Source of the DNA: a virus
UHGV virus genome: UHGV-0110462
Direction: 5' to 3' (one strand)
DNA: 60,029 nucleotides
Shown: in pieces, positions 37,740 through 48,655 of the stretch
Position numbering within the stretch: the first letter of the stretch is position 1
Layout of the letters: each line of letters opens with the position of its first letter
Notes under the pieces: model-generated
What the model was told of the DNA's origin: nothing
Seen by the model: only the letters and a program-made list of their open reading frames with translations
Databases searched by the model: none
Translations under genes and position numbers: made by a program

Positions 37740-38234
37740 TCACTCCCTCGATGTCATAAAGACTTCAGACACATTAATTCCTGTTCCAACTGGAATATCT
37801 CCGCCGAATGGAGTGATACTAACTTGTCCGCTGGTTGTGATTTTGAAAATAAAACCGAGTGTATCAGTGATGTAGATCCTGCGGAATACTCCGAACAGAG
37901 GCGCTGGCGTCACAGTAAACGGTTTATATTCAGTTCCGTTTGTAAGTTTTGATGTCGTATTGCTAGAAATTCTAAACCATGTTACAGCTCCTGCTTCCGC
38001 AACGTCACAAGTTAGATAGCTACCCTCGACAGTTCTTGTTTTAGGCACTATAACAGAGTTAATAGTTTCCCTTTCTTCATTAACTTCTTTTGCTCCATAT
38101 GGGCTACCTTCTTGAGAGTACTCAGTAACATCAGTGAAAGAAACTGTATTGTCACTGTTGTTCGTCATTTTATATTTCTTATTTCCAGTTGTGTCTTTCA
38201 ATACGCTGTCCTTAAAATCAGTTCTTAATGCCAT
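37740..38234 (-). CDS. hypothetical tail-module protein
   Basis: ORF in the tail module. Confidence 0.45.
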   Translation of the reverse strand: MALRTDFKDSVLKDTTGNKKYKMTNNSDNTVSFTDVTEYSQEGSPYGAKEVNEERETINSVIVPKTRTVEGSYLTCDVAEAGAVTWFRISSNTTSKLTNGTEYKPFTVTPAPLFGVFRRIYITDTLGFIFKITTSGQVSITPFGGDIPVGTGINVSEVFMTSRE

Positions 38235-38245
38235 AAAGATACCTC

Positions 38246-38686
38246 CTATAACTTCATTCCAAGCTTGATATCACCGAGCTTGTTCTTGTTTTTCTTGATG
38301 CTGTTCAAACCATTGTAGTAATCAACAGTCATCTGTTCATATCTGTTCATATCCTCGTGAGTAGGTGTACTTTGGTTTGGATACCAACTCTTCATATCCG
38401 AAAAATCATACTTAACAAATCCATACGTTCTATCGTGTAAAAGTTTTAAGTTTAATTCGATATTATTAAATTCATCTGCATATGGAAAATCTGAATACGT
38501 CTTATCATCTCCCATATCTTCATACTGAAATTCAGGAAATAACTCAAAAGACAAGTCGATCAGATATTGTATGTTGTTCTTGATTCTGTTGTAGTCAGTA
38601 TGAGTAAAAAATGAGTTTCCTGTCCACTTCGTGTATGGCTTTGAAAATGATGCCATACTATCACCTCCTAGTTTCAAGTGTTCCAC
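38246..38686 (-). CDS. hypothetical tail-module protein
   Basis: ORF in the tail module. Confidence 0.4.
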   Translation of the reverse strand: MEHLKLGGDSMASFSKPYTKWTGNSFFTHTDYNRIKNNIQYLIDLSFELFPEFQYEDMGDDKTYSDFPYADEFNNIELNLKLLHDRTYGFVKYDFSDMKSWYPNQSTPTHEDMNRYEQMTVDYYNGLNSIKKNKNKLGDIKLGMKL

Positions 38687-40922
38687 TTACAGTTCCGTCA
38701 TATGTCATCGACACGCTTTCCGCTACCGTCTTAACCATTTCTCCGTCACGATTTTCTTGATAGATTGTGTCTCCTGCATCAAGTGCCGGTTCTCCACGGT
38801 AATCGATAGAGTAATCAATGCCTGGATTGTAATAATCAGCTACCCATTTGCAGACTTTATCACAGAGTTCCTTATCCGAAATCAGCGGATTGCTCCAATC
38901 TTTTTCAACACCGTAATTGCTGATTTCCGCAACGGAATAAGCGTTTGACTGATTGAATTTTTTACCGTTAACGATGACTCGGACCTTCTTTCCTCTGTCA
39001 TTTCCGCTAAGTTTAAGTTCAACAAAGTATGCTCCACTGTCCGAAATCTCAACACTTTGACCGTCTGCTTGGTTCTCAATGGAAGCCGTATAAGAATGAT
39101 GCGGTTCGTCAAATGTATACAGAAGAACTTCATTCGTCCACTCAACATCTTCGCTAACTATTTCTTCAAATGTATCGGATTTTGAATAGACAGTTCTGAC
39201 ATTCTTTAACCGCTTGATATTCTCCGGCTTACTCATAGTCGGACTGGAATACATGTCATCTCTTTCAATCGTGTAATCAATGTTTTCTCCAAGTTCCATA
39301 TAATCAACAACAAGTCGCACATTGCTTGTATTGATTTTTTCAACCTCAAACACCATTCTGTCAAATGTACTGAATTGATGCTTAGTAGTCCAAATATTTA
39401 TTTTACCATCGTATGTAACCTCTCCGTCTGAAAAACCAATTGTCTCCACAAGTTTATCATTTAGAAAAGTTTTTACGCTCATGTTTTTAGGGAAATTGTG
39501 ATAAACCTTAATTTTTAATCCATTACTCTTTCTTGGAACTTCGAATCTCTTAATTATCTGAGGATTTGTGTCGAAGCCTCCAGGGCTTTTGTATAAATCA
39601 TTACTTACAAAACCAACATCATCCCTTACCCCACTTCTCGGCAAGAAAGGAGGTCTGTCTTTTAATGTCCATCTAAAATTTTCATAAGTTGCGTACCTTC
39701 TCTTTGCACTATCAACGTTTACATTTGATACATCTGAAAAATAAGTTGTCTTAGTAGAAGTTGTTTCTGCATCCGGGTCAAATGCCGACTTGATACAGAT
39801 TTTTCCATATCTATCCACAGTCAAAACGCATCTTCCTGCATTAGCAATAATTTGCAATGCTTCTTTGTGCGACACTAATGGAATAGGGTTTCTGACCTCT
39901 ACTGACTTTAAGTATTTGTCAATAAAAAACTTGTCTTGAGGAATCGAATAAGTACCGATTGCATCAGCAATTACATAATTTGCCAAAGCATACAGTGTAA
40001 TTCCTTTTGCGTGCCAGTCTCCACGGTAATAGTCACCATCACCGAACTGTTGAAGAACGTCTACGGCTTTAATGCTCGCTTCTTCGTCACTGGCTGACCA
40101 CTCACTCAGCTTTAATGTATGCAACAAAATCCACTCTGTTGTTCCATCATCAAGGTCATATCCCATCTGAACAACTACATCCTGTCCTGTCCTTAGATAA
40201 TTGATAATTGATTCCTTATTGTCGTAATCGAATTTCTTATCGTTATTATCAAGAGTAAGCGTGAAGTTAATCTCAGGCAAGTCCTCATTGATCTGCGACA
40301 TCGTAGAAGCCGATTCTGCGTTGATTATGTCATTATCTGTAAAAACTACCGCATTGCCAAATAAAATGCTCTCAATACGCACACGATTGTTTGTAGCGGA
40401 CATTTCAGCGACTTTTATCTCAAGAAAAGTTGTGTTATCGAATCTATCATCTGTCGTAAAGTTCAAGCTGCTGTTTGAATAGCTCTTTGATGTTCCGTCA
40501 GATGTAATTATGCTAAATTTGCTAGGATAATTCCCGGCAAACTTTATAGTTAATCCGGCAATGTCAACATTCTCTTGAAATGTCATTTTCACCGAGAAAC
40601 TGCTCAAAAACAGATCCTTCGATACGATTCCAACAGGTTCATACTGAGATGCTGCATCCGGGAGAAATCTCATGGATCCATCTAGCAGCCAAAAATTATT
40701 CTCATATGTTGCATATTGACTTTGAACTTCTTTCTGTTCAAACACTCCATCAAAATCAGAAAATCCGGCATACTGGCTTTGATCACTCAGCAATGCCTGA
40801 CTCTGTGCTGTATCATTTATAACGCCGAGTGTTACTTTCATGTGAGAAGCATTTCTCAGCGGATTTTTCATTGATTCTCTATATGCATCTGATACTTCGT
40901 ACATCCTACCACCCCGCATCAA
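38661..40922 (-). CDS. large phage tail protein (tip / Tal-like)
   Basis: 753 aa, directly downstream of the tape measure and a small tail gene. Confidence 0.55.
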   Translation of the reverse strand: MMRGGRMYEVSDAYRESMKNPLRNASHMKVTLGVINDTAQSQALLSDQSQYAGFSDFDGVFEQKEVQSQYATYENNFWLLDGSMRFLPDAASQYEPVGIVSKDLFLSSFSVKMTFQENVDIAGLTIKFAGNYPSKFSIITSDGTSKSYSNSSLNFTTDDRFDNTTFLEIKVAEMSATNNRVRIESILFGNAVVFTDNDIINAESASTMSQINEDLPEINFTLTLDNNDKKFDYDNKESIINYLRTGQDVVVQMGYDLDDGTTEWILLHTLKLSEWSASDEEASIKAVDVLQQFGDGDYYRGDWHAKGITLYALANYVIADAIGTYSIPQDKFFIDKYLKSVEVRNPIPLVSHKEALQIIANAGRCVLTVDRYGKICIKSAFDPDAETTSTKTTYFSDVSNVNVDSAKRRYATYENFRWTLKDRPPFLPRSGVRDDVGFVSNDLYKSPGGFDTNPQIIKRFEVPRKSNGLKIKVYHNFPKNMSVKTFLNDKLVETIGFSDGEVTYDGKINIWTTKHQFSTFDRMVFEVEKINTSNVRLVVDYMELGENIDYTIERDDMYSSPTMSKPENIKRLKNVRTVYSKSDTFEEIVSEDVEWTNEVLLYTFDEPHHSYTASIENQADGQSVEISDSGAYFVELKLSGNDRGKKVRVIVNGKKFNQSNAYSVAEISNYGVEKDWSNPLISDKELCDKVCKWVADYYNPGIDYSIDYRGEPALDAGDTIYQENRDGEMVKTVAESVSMTYDGTVSGTLETRR

Positions 40923-41295
40923 TCAGATTCATTTTACAGTTGATATACGCAAGAGGACGGCCGGATGAGTCTATCTTGAACACATCTGCCGTCCTGTCTC
41001 CGCAATACATTGTTAATGTACGCCACTTATTATTTACCATATCCCAAAATCGAACACTACTAAAGAAATTCTTATCAAACTCTTGTAGCATTGTTGACCA
41101 AGTTTCCGCATCTAAGTACGGCCACTCCAATGAATCTATCTTATAGTTATCACGACTGATTTTCTGTCCGACTACTTTATTTGCCGCATTTCTAGCAGCA
41201 TTTGTAGCAGTCGTAACTTGAAAATTCGGATAATATTTCGGTGCCGGATATTGATGACCATTTACAATGATGAAATCACTCAATTTAATTGACAT
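40906..41295 (-). CDS. phage tail component (distal tail, tentative)
   Basis: Position immediately after the tape measure. Confidence 0.45.
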   Translation of the reverse strand: MSIKLSDFIIVNGHQYPAPKYYPNFQVTTATNAARNAANKVVGQKISRDNYKIDSLEWPYLDAETWSTMLQEFDKNFFSSVRFWDMVNNKWRTLTMYCGDRTADVFKIDSSGRPLAYINCKMNLIDAGW

Positions 41296-41308
41296 ATCCT
41301 AGCACCTC

Positions 41309-44300
41309 CTATGTTGTACTGAAACTGTATCCAGAGTTTCTGCTTCCCCTTGACAGTTCTTTATTTACTTTCTTGCTGTTCATCATCAGTGATGTATTCT
41401 TTCTAAGAAGTCTCTCATTTTGCTCGATAAGCTTCTGTAAAAGTCTTTCTGTATTTTTATTCGCTTCTGCAACTCCGTTGGATACTCCGGTCACAATCTG
41501 ATTGTTGTTAGCAACCACATTTCTATTTCCCATTCTTCCAACGTATTCCGGTGCTTTCTCATTCGCCACAAACAGCTCGCCATTCTGAGGAAATCCACCT
41601 ACAGAATATTTCCCGACCACATCAGACAGCTTGAATGTACCGATACCGTTTGCGTATCCTTTGTATCCACGGGCAGTCCATCCAGCGTACAGGCTTCCGT
41701 ATCTTTTGACTGTGTAATTGATAGCAGCGATCATGTTTGACAGTGGATCGTATATGTTTGTGTTGAATCCAGCCATCGCATTTGCACGGAATGTCGGGTC
41801 AATTACCTGCATCAGTCCTTTTGACGGAATACCTCTGATTGCGTTGATATCCCAGTTGTTGATAGCGTTCGGATTTCCACCCGACTCATGCATCATCTGA
41901 GTTAGCAAGGCATTCAGATTGGATTCACTGAACTGATTTGTCAGTAAAAGAGCTTGTTTCGCAAGTCCTCTCCACTGCTCCACTCCGGCAGATGGTTTGT
42001 AATCAACAGCACCGAAACTGTCAAAGAATCCTTTAATTTTGGAAACTGCTGTTTCAAACAGTGAATTAACTGCCGTCTTCGCAATTGTGATTCCAGGCTC
42101 AAGCGCTCCTGTCAAATCTGTGAATTTATCAATTGCCGCTTTAAGAAGCTTCTTCGGGTCTTTGATGTAACTGAAAATGTTACTTGCAATATCGTTGATT
42201 TTGTCTGCTGTACTTCCAAAGAAATTACCGATTCCAGATTTATACTTCTTCACGCCAGTAATTCCCATCAATGCTGCTGTTTGACCAGCTGGCATTACCT
42301 TTGTACCTTTTGGCATCGGCAGAACCACATTTCTTCCTGTCGGAATTACAGTCTGTCCATTCGGATACTGAACAAGTTCTCTGTAGGTATTTCCCGGCTG
42401 GTCATTGACAACGCCAAAGGAATCTCTCGCGACTCCGTTTGTACCGCTTGCGTAGTTATCAATTTCAGAGACTTTAATCAGATCGCCGTCTCCACCTAAT
42501 TTTTTGTAAACCCAGTTCACAGCCTTAGCGATTGCTTTTACCGCTCCTAAAACAGGTGATTTTATCCAACTTGCTACATTATCGAAGTACCCACCAATCT
42601 TGTCAAAAATTGAAGTAATTCCGTTGTAGGCAGACTTAAAAATATCCTTGAACCACTGACCAATCGGCTCAATATTTGACTTGATATCCTCACGTTTTTG
42701 ACCGAACCAAGAACCGATATTTGAAAATGCTGCATTTGTCAATGAACGTGCGCTTCTGAACTTCGTTCCAAACCAAGAACTTATGCTCTTCATTCCATTT
42801 TGAATGTCTGTATTCTTAGCTGAGAACCATTTTCCAACATCTGAAAATGCATTTGTTACACCGTCTCTAGCAGCTTGAAATTTTTTCGAAAACCACTGAG
42901 CAATTGGTGAGAAAATCGCTGTAATTGTTCCGAAAAGCAATTGGAATAAAGATGAAATATATTGCTTAAATCCAAGCGCAATATCTTCTACTCCTTTCCA
43001 AGCCTTTCCCCAATCTCCAGTAAATACACCTGTCACAAATGTAATTAAACCTTGGATTATCTCTATCGCTCCACTCACCATTCCGGTAATAGTAGAAACA
43101 ACTTGTGCTATTCTTTTTATTATTATGGAAAGCACTGCTCCGATTGCTTTTACTGCGGCAATCATTGTTGATTCGAACAGCTCTTTCGCTCCACTTGATT
43201 CATATAAATCGTAAATAGAATTAAACAGTTCTTTTAGATTCTCCCAAAGCGGTTTAAATCCGTTATCCCAAATTTCTTTTTTCGCATAAGAAAAAGCACT
43301 TCCAATTTCACCAACAGCATTTTTTACAGCATCTCTGAATCCCTCAGAAGTTTTCCACAAGTCCATGAGTTCAGCAGCTAAAATTGTAATTCCGGCAACA
43401 ATCAATAAAGTTGTTGGAGATAATGTAATAAGAGATTTAAAGTTTAACTTTCCTGCTACTTCCTTTATTTTATTGAATTTTTCTGCCATTCCATCTAATT
43501 TTGGAAGAATTTCAGCTATTTTCTTTGTGATTTCACCTGTTGCTCCGATTCCAATAACGGATGCAAGTATTCCTGTATTTTCACCACCGTCAGAAGCAAA
43601 CTTGAAAGCATTCTTTATTCCATCAATAATCTGTGATCCAAGTTCTTTCCAATTGGCATTCTGAATAAATGTTCTAATTGACTCTATTACAAGAGCAACC
43701 ATTCTTCCGATGGATTCTCCGATTGTTCCAATATTGATTGAGTCCAGTGCGCCGTTAAAGGCATTAGCCAACGCCATTCCAATGTCTTCACCTTTAAGCT
43801 CTCTCAGTACACCGACAAGAGTGTTCCAAGAAATCATAAAATACGCTCCAAGAGTGTATCCTATAGTTCCCCAGTCAATGTTTTGAATTCCTGTTGAAAT
43901 AGCTGTTCCGATTCCAGTTCCAAGATTCGTCCAGTTAAATCCTGTAATCAAAAGCTGTGCAGTATTGAACACCGTATTCACTCCGGCAGCAACAGTAGCT
44001 CCCATTAACGGCCATTCAATATTGTCAACAAGGCTATTCATTGTTGTGGTAAAAGCATTGCAGAAATAAGTTATCTTTTCCCCATGCTTATTCCAGTCAA
44101 ATATGTCATATAATTTCTGCATTCCGGCATTTACGCCATCTGCCATGATTGAGCCTAGAGAAGTCCAATCTTGAGCTCTGAACGCTTCTCTGAGCCGTTT
44201 AGCATAATCAGAAATAGCTTTAGTCGGTTCAGTTGTCTCAAACATTTCAGAAACATCTGGTCCCGTATAAGCACCGGAACTTCCGTCAGAGCCACCACTT

Positions 44301-45532
44301 GAGCTTGATGTTGTCGGCTGGATCACATTTAGTTCATCAATTCCAAGAGTATAGTTCTCAAGGTCTTTTGCGGCTTTTGCCGCATCACTTCCAGCTTTTT
44401 TAGCGCTACTTCCAGTGGATGTGAGTGTTTTTCCGTAGTCTTTCCATGCTTTCTTTGCTTGAACCACTGCTGTTTTTCCAGTCAATACAGCCATGAACTG
44501 TGCGACCTTATTCATTGCATTGGCGAGCATATCAATAAATGCTGAAATATACGGTCCGACTACATTGATAATCGGAGCAAAAGCCGCCGCCCATGCATTC
44601 TTCAAATACAGAAGAGATGTGACAATACCAGAAATACTCTTATTGTAATCAGAACTGTATTGAACAAGGTTGTTTGAACCTTCCTTGATTGCATTGTTTA
44701 TTGCGCTTAATGCTGAAAATACAGTAGAAAATACAAGTGACATTCCAAGCATTCTTCCCATCGACATTTGACCACCAGATTTGTTTGTTCTGGTAATCAA
44801 ATTCTTGAGATCTTTTGCCTTAGAGACTACGCCACTAACTGTTTTCCCCATCTTCCCAAACGTATTGGAAAGAGATTTTGAAACTTTCTGAGTGCCGGAA
44901 AGAATCTTTGAAAGCTTAGACGCTTCTTTTGCTTCTTCAGCAATTCCTTTGTCTTTGTCTGGAACAATTTTTGAAATTTTTTGTTCCGTTTTAGGTTCGC
45001 TTAGACTAATAGGAGATAAACTGCGAACTCCTCTAATCTCATTCAAAAGATTCTTATACTGCTGAGCCTTTTGAATCTGTTTTTCCCAAGCATCACCGGA
45101 GATAAAAGAAGTCCCTTTTCTTTCCATGGTGTCGTTAATGCCTTGCATCGTGTTTTTAAGCTTTTTGGAAATATTTTCTTGCATTTTCGCAAGTTCTTTT
45201 ACTCCAAGGTCATTTACTTTAAAATCAACCATAAGTTTGGAATTTTTATACTTTTCCAGAAGCTCATCATATGACTTTGCGGCTTTTTTCACCTTTTTAT
45301 CGTCAACATCAATCTTGACTTTTTTCTTCCCGATTGAATCTGCTTTATCAGCGATATCATCAAGGTCTTTTTCCAAGCTTTTTGTAGAATCAAAGCTGAA
45401 ATCTTTCCCCATAACAGTGGATAGTCCTTGCTTTACTTCTTTTATTTTTGCAATTAATTTGTCGAGTTCCGCATTTGCTGACTTAGCCGACGCTTCAACT
45501 TTTACCTCAAGAGAGTCAACCTCTGTTCCCAT
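41309..45532 (-). CDS. tail tape measure protein with C-terminal lytic transglycosylase domain
   Basis: 1407 aa with repetitive alpha-helical composition. C-terminal SLT-like MMHESGGNPNAINNWDINAIRGIPSKGLMQV. Confidence 0.85.
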   Translation of the reverse strand: MGTEVDSLEVKVEASAKSANAELDKLIAKIKEVKQGLSTVMGKDFSFDSTKSLEKDLDDIADKADSIGKKKVKIDVDDKKVKKAAKSYDELLEKYKNSKLMVDFKVNDLGVKELAKMQENISKKLKNTMQGINDTMERKGTSFISGDAWEKQIQKAQQYKNLLNEIRGVRSLSPISLSEPKTEQKISKIVPDKDKGIAEEAKEASKLSKILSGTQKVSKSLSNTFGKMGKTVSGVVSKAKDLKNLITRTNKSGGQMSMGRMLGMSLVFSTVFSALSAINNAIKEGSNNLVQYSSDYNKSISGIVTSLLYLKNAWAAAFAPIINVVGPYISAFIDMLANAMNKVAQFMAVLTGKTAVVQAKKAWKDYGKTLTSTGSSAKKAGSDAAKAAKDLENYTLGIDELNVIQPTTSSSSGGSDGSSGAYTGPDVSEMFETTEPTKAISDYAKRLREAFRAQDWTSLGSIMADGVNAGMQKLYDIFDWNKHGEKITYFCNAFTTTMNSLVDNIEWPLMGATVAAGVNTVFNTAQLLITGFNWTNLGTGIGTAISTGIQNIDWGTIGYTLGAYFMISWNTLVGVLRELKGEDIGMALANAFNGALDSINIGTIGESIGRMVALVIESIRTFIQNANWKELGSQIIDGIKNAFKFASDGGENTGILASVIGIGATGEITKKIAEILPKLDGMAEKFNKIKEVAGKLNFKSLITLSPTTLLIVAGITILAAELMDLWKTSEGFRDAVKNAVGEIGSAFSYAKKEIWDNGFKPLWENLKELFNSIYDLYESSGAKELFESTMIAAVKAIGAVLSIIIKRIAQVVSTITGMVSGAIEIIQGLITFVTGVFTGDWGKAWKGVEDIALGFKQYISSLFQLLFGTITAIFSPIAQWFSKKFQAARDGVTNAFSDVGKWFSAKNTDIQNGMKSISSWFGTKFRSARSLTNAAFSNIGSWFGQKREDIKSNIEPIGQWFKDIFKSAYNGITSIFDKIGGYFDNVASWIKSPVLGAVKAIAKAVNWVYKKLGGDGDLIKVSEIDNYASGTNGVARDSFGVVNDQPGNTYRELVQYPNGQTVIPTGRNVVLPMPKGTKVMPAGQTAALMGITGVKKYKSGIGNFFGSTADKINDIASNIFSYIKDPKKLLKAAIDKFTDLTGALEPGITIAKTAVNSLFETAVSKIKGFFDSFGAVDYKPSAGVEQWRGLAKQALLLTNQFSESNLNALLTQMMHESGGNPNAINNWDINAIRGIPSKGLMQVIDPTFRANAMAGFNTNIYDPLSNMIAAINYTVKRYGSLYAGWTARGYKGYANGIGTFKLSDVVGKYSVGGFPQNGELFVANEKAPEYVGRMGNRNVVANNNQIVTGVSNGVAEANKNTERLLQKLIEQNERLLRKNTSLMMNSKKVNKELSRGSRNSGYSFSTT

Positions 45533-45577
45533 GTTTTCACCACCTTTTTACAAAAAATAAAGGATGGTGAACCCATC

Positions 45578-45895
45578 CTAATTTATCGATGTCTCCGGCA
45601 ATCCTCTTGCCCTGTCTGCTGCAATCCAAGCATCCATTTTTCTGATTTCCTCTTCCATCTCACGAAGTTCACGTTCTTCATCAGTCATTCGCGATTCTTC
45701 AATTAATGTTTTCAGAATCGGTTTCTTCAGATACTTTTCTTCTTTGACAAAGCACGTATTGATTGCACTGATAAGATATTGCCCTGACATCCAATTCATA
45801 TAATCAATATCAAGGAGTTGTTCTTCGTATCCGGCAGATACCGCTTTCAGAATTCTAGGATTCATGCTCCAAAATTCTGTCCAGCCAACTCCCAT
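45578..45895 (-). CDS. tail assembly chaperone, frameshift-extension part (tentative)
   Basis: Position between major tail and tape measure, in a different frame from the upstream chaperone ORF. Confidence 0.4.
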   Translation of the reverse strand: MGVGWTEFWSMNPRILKAVSAGYEEQLLDIDYMNWMSGQYLISAINTCFVKEEKYLKKPILKTLIEESRMTDEERELREMEEEIRKMDAWIAADRARGLPETSIN

Positions 45896-45954
45896 TTTTT
45901 TTGCTTGCGGATACCATTCACAGGTGAAAAACTCACGCTGAGAACGGTACGATC

Positions 45955-46308
45955 TTACTTCGCTGCTGTTGTTTTTCTGCCGCCAGTTTTCTTCTTCTCC
46001 TGATTCTTTGTAGCTTCCGCTTCCGCTCTCTTGTTGAGGTTGCGAAAAAAATCAGACTGTTCCATTTCTTCTTGCATTACTTTGGTTGCATCATCCATTG
46101 TGCCACCATTCAGAATATGCTCTTGAATCTCAAGTCCGGCATCTGCACGTCTTTTTCCCATGCACAGCGCAATATATCCTCTAACCATGCTCATCGGTTT
46201 CTCTTCCATGGACTCAACTGATACGCCCATGTCCTCAAGGTCGCAAACAAGGTTAAAGTCAAAAGGTTTCCCTGAATATTCTTTTCCATTAATTTCAAAT
46301 GTTTTCAT
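45955..46308 (-). CDS. tail assembly chaperone
   Basis: Position. Acidic with a Lys-rich end. Confidence 0.45.
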   Translation of the reverse strand: MKTFEINGKEYSGKPFDFNLVCDLEDMGVSVESMEEKPMSMVRGYIALCMGKRRADAGLEIQEHILNGGTMDDATKVMQEEMEQSDFFRNLNKRAEAEATKNQEKKKTGGRKTTAAK

Positions 46309-46445
46309 GTCTTTGTATTCCTTCCCGTAATTTTTATATGGGAAGGGCGCCCCTAAGAGCGCCCGTTCCTGTTGTTATTCTGTAATGTCAGCGTAATCAA
46401 ATTTTACGTTCCGAGTATTTGCTGACATGTCTTGCTCGGAACGCG

Positions 46446-46940
46446 TCACCCCTTTGTTACTGTAAATGTGCCGTTTCCAGCGTCAACGATTGTATACTCG
46501 TCTGTCACTTTCTTTGCGACAGTGTTCTGAATGATGGTTGCTGTCATCTCACAGATTTCATCGACACCACCAACGTCTGACGGAGTAGCGGATACCTGTG
46601 CAACGTATGCATATTTCGCAACGCCACCGATACCGTCTGTTCCATATAACTGGAAGATAGCAACTCTTTTCTTCTCAAGTTTTCCAATATTGTCCAGATA
46701 CTCTTTTTCAAGGTTTCCTGTCACCTCTTTTGCATCAGACTGTTTAATACCCATCTCAAATGTCTGTGCATCATCTTCCATAGTTGTTGATTCAACTGTG
46801 TTTGGTGCAGACACAGGAGCTGGCATTGATTTTGCTTTCAGAAGCAGTTTGTAACTTCCGGCAAAATCAACTGTTGACAAATCCGTACCGTCATCAAGTT
46901 CTTTGTAAATAGCTCTTACTTTATAACTGGTTGAAGCCAT
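46446..46940 (-). CDS. major tail protein
   Basis: 164-aa ORF upstream of the chaperones. Followed by a structured GC hairpin region. Confidence 0.55.
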   Translation of the reverse strand: MASTSYKVRAIYKELDDGTDLSTVDFAGSYKLLLKAKSMPAPVSAPNTVESTTMEDDAQTFEMGIKQSDAKEVTGNLEKEYLDNIGKLEKKRVAIFQLYGTDGIGGVAKYAYVAQVSATPSDVGGVDEICEMTATIIQNTVAKKVTDEYTIVDAGNGTFTVTKG

Positions 46941-46989
46941 TTTTTACCTCCATTTCTGCCATCTAGGCAATAAAAAAGAGCCTTTCGGC

Positions 46990-47409
46990 TCAGTGTAACG
47001 CATCTATATTTCCGAGAGTTCGTCTGACTCTCATTACACATCGGTAATATTCGTCTCCGTCACTCTCTTCGGGAAATGAATTAATTTCAAACCCCATATT
47101 TTTGTATACCAAGGCAACCTCTTTCAAAACCGCCTTGGCTTCTTTAATGCTTTTATCTGTACTTACTTCTACTTGCATGGAATACAAGATTCCGCTGATA
47201 TCTTCACCGTCCAAAGTGCGTGCTTTTTCTGCACCAGGCAATTCACGAATGTACACTGTTGGATATTTTACGGTCACGCCTTTAGGTTTTGAAGTAGTCG
47301 TGAAACGAATGTTCGGATACTTACTTTTCAGCTTATCTCCTACTTTCTTCTGAACAATAGAGAAGATGTGTGTTTCTAAGTCGAAAACCCATGAATTATC
47401 CACTTCCAA
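46990..47409 (-). CDS. head-tail joining / tail completion protein (tentative)
   Basis: Position. Confidence 0.4.
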   Translation of the reverse strand: MEVDNSWVFDLETHIFSIVQKKVGDKLKSKYPNIRFTTTSKPKGVTVKYPTVYIRELPGAEKARTLDGEDISGILYSMQVEVSTDKSIKEAKAVLKEVALVYKNMGFEINSFPEESDGDEYYRCVMRVRRTLGNIDALH

Positions 47410-47935
47410 ACACCTCCTTCGCTACTTCTGAAACGGATTTAATCATCTCAAGGCTTGCATTGTACATCGGCATAGTTGCTTTGATACCGTAAGAATGATG
47501 CCATTTTCCATCATCACCAAAGTAGTACCAGCCGTTCGGATCAGCCGCATGAGTCTGTCCCGGATAACTGCCAACACCGAATCCAAGCTCTCCGGCTTTT
47601 GGGTTTGGGATGCTGTTGTAACGAACACCAGCTCCGAATTCTATAGCGAACAGAAGATTGAATGGTTCTCTTCCTTCTGGATACTTTACTTCACCAGTGG
47701 CAAGCAGTACCGCTTTGCATCCCATCTCTTCTTCTGTCTTATCACTTTTCAGAGTCACTGTTTTTCCGAGCGGAGATTCTGTCAGCTTTTCAACTGCGAC
47801 AGTCTGTCCTCTCTCAATCAATTTTTCACAGAACAAGCTTAACTTTGAATCAAGCGATTTCTGGTAAGCTTCAATCTGTTTGATTGCTTCATCAATGCTC
47901 TTTTGTGATAATCCGAAACTGATTTTTGTGCTCAT
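47396..47935 (-). CDS. head-tail joining protein (tentative)
   Basis: Position. Confidence 0.4.
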   Translation of the reverse strand: MSTKISFGLSQKSIDEAIKQIEAYQKSLDSKLSLFCEKLIERGQTVAVEKLTESPLGKTVTLKSDKTEEEMGCKAVLLATGEVKYPEGREPFNLLFAIEFGAGVRYNSIPNPKAGELGFGVGSYPGQTHAADPNGWYYFGDDGKWHHSYGIKATMPMYNASLEMIKSVSEVAKEVFGSG

Positions 47936-47937
47936 TC

Positions 47938-48384
47938 TTATCCCTCTTTAATCAATCGTTGAAGCAAGAATGTATCTTCGTGCATAGCTTCATCGTTAAC
48001 ATCTTTAACAACGTAATCTGCGGAGTTTTCATCCACGTTTGACATATTTATTTGGTCTTTGTATTTAATGGCTGAATTGCGCCAAATACGCGCTCCTTTT
48101 ACCAATGGAAGAGTTCCTTTTGCACAGACAATCGTTGCCTTGTCAGATGAATCATCAATGCCAAACGCCCGAATAAATGTATCGGTCAATGTAGAATTGA
48201 TATTCGCTCTGAATAACTTAGGATCCGTGTAGTGTGGTTCAGTCTCTCCTGACTCAACAGGGATTTGTTCTCCATCGACTTCGATGTACTTCACATTTCC
48301 ATCATCATCAGTCATATATACCGGAGACGTACCATCTTGCAAAGAGTAGTACATTTTCTGCTTATTTCTGTTCAGTGTCCTCAC
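47938..48384 (-). CDS. head-tail joining protein (tentative)
   Basis: Position. Confidence 0.4.
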   Translation of the reverse strand: MRTLNRNKQKMYYSLQDGTSPVYMTDDDGNVKYIEVDGEQIPVESGETEPHYTDPKLFRANINSTLTDTFIRAFGIDDSSDKATIVCAKGTLPLVKGARIWRNSAIKYKDQINMSNVDENSADYVVKDVNDEAMHEDTFLLQRLIKEG

Positions 48385-48655
48385 TTACGGTCACCTTCTT
48401 TACTTGCTTCTGAATCTGATTTACACCAGTACTTGCAAGTCCGGATACAATTCCTACTGCAATTGCATCAAGAACGTCTGTTGCTGGAAAGTTAGGAATT
48501 ACATACATTCCAACAACTCCGAGAATTCCTCCGGCCACACCAACAATCACAGGGATATAATTATCTTTTACTTTCGGACACAGCTTTGCTCCGAGTCCAA
48601 CAAGATAAGTAATAACCACGATCGCCAATACGGTTTCCATTGAAAAAATATCCAT
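48362..48655 (-). CDS. holin (LL-H / phi-LC3-like family)
   Basis: Two TM segments. GIVSGLASTGVNQIQKQVKK resembles the LL-H holin family. Confidence 0.55.
   Translation of the reverse strand: MDIFSMETVLAIVVITYLVGLGAKLCPKVKDNYIPVIVGVAGGILGVVGMYVIPNFPATDVLDAIAVGIVSGLASTGVNQIQKQVKKVTVSEDTEQK

Noticed and set aside
41718-43664. Plus-strand ORFs (41718..41900, 42281..42499, 43365..43664) and similar antisense ORFs throughout 16-57 kb
   Set aside because: They lie entirely antisense within the tape measure and other long minus-strand genes. They are short with low-complexity translations, so they are shadow ORFs.
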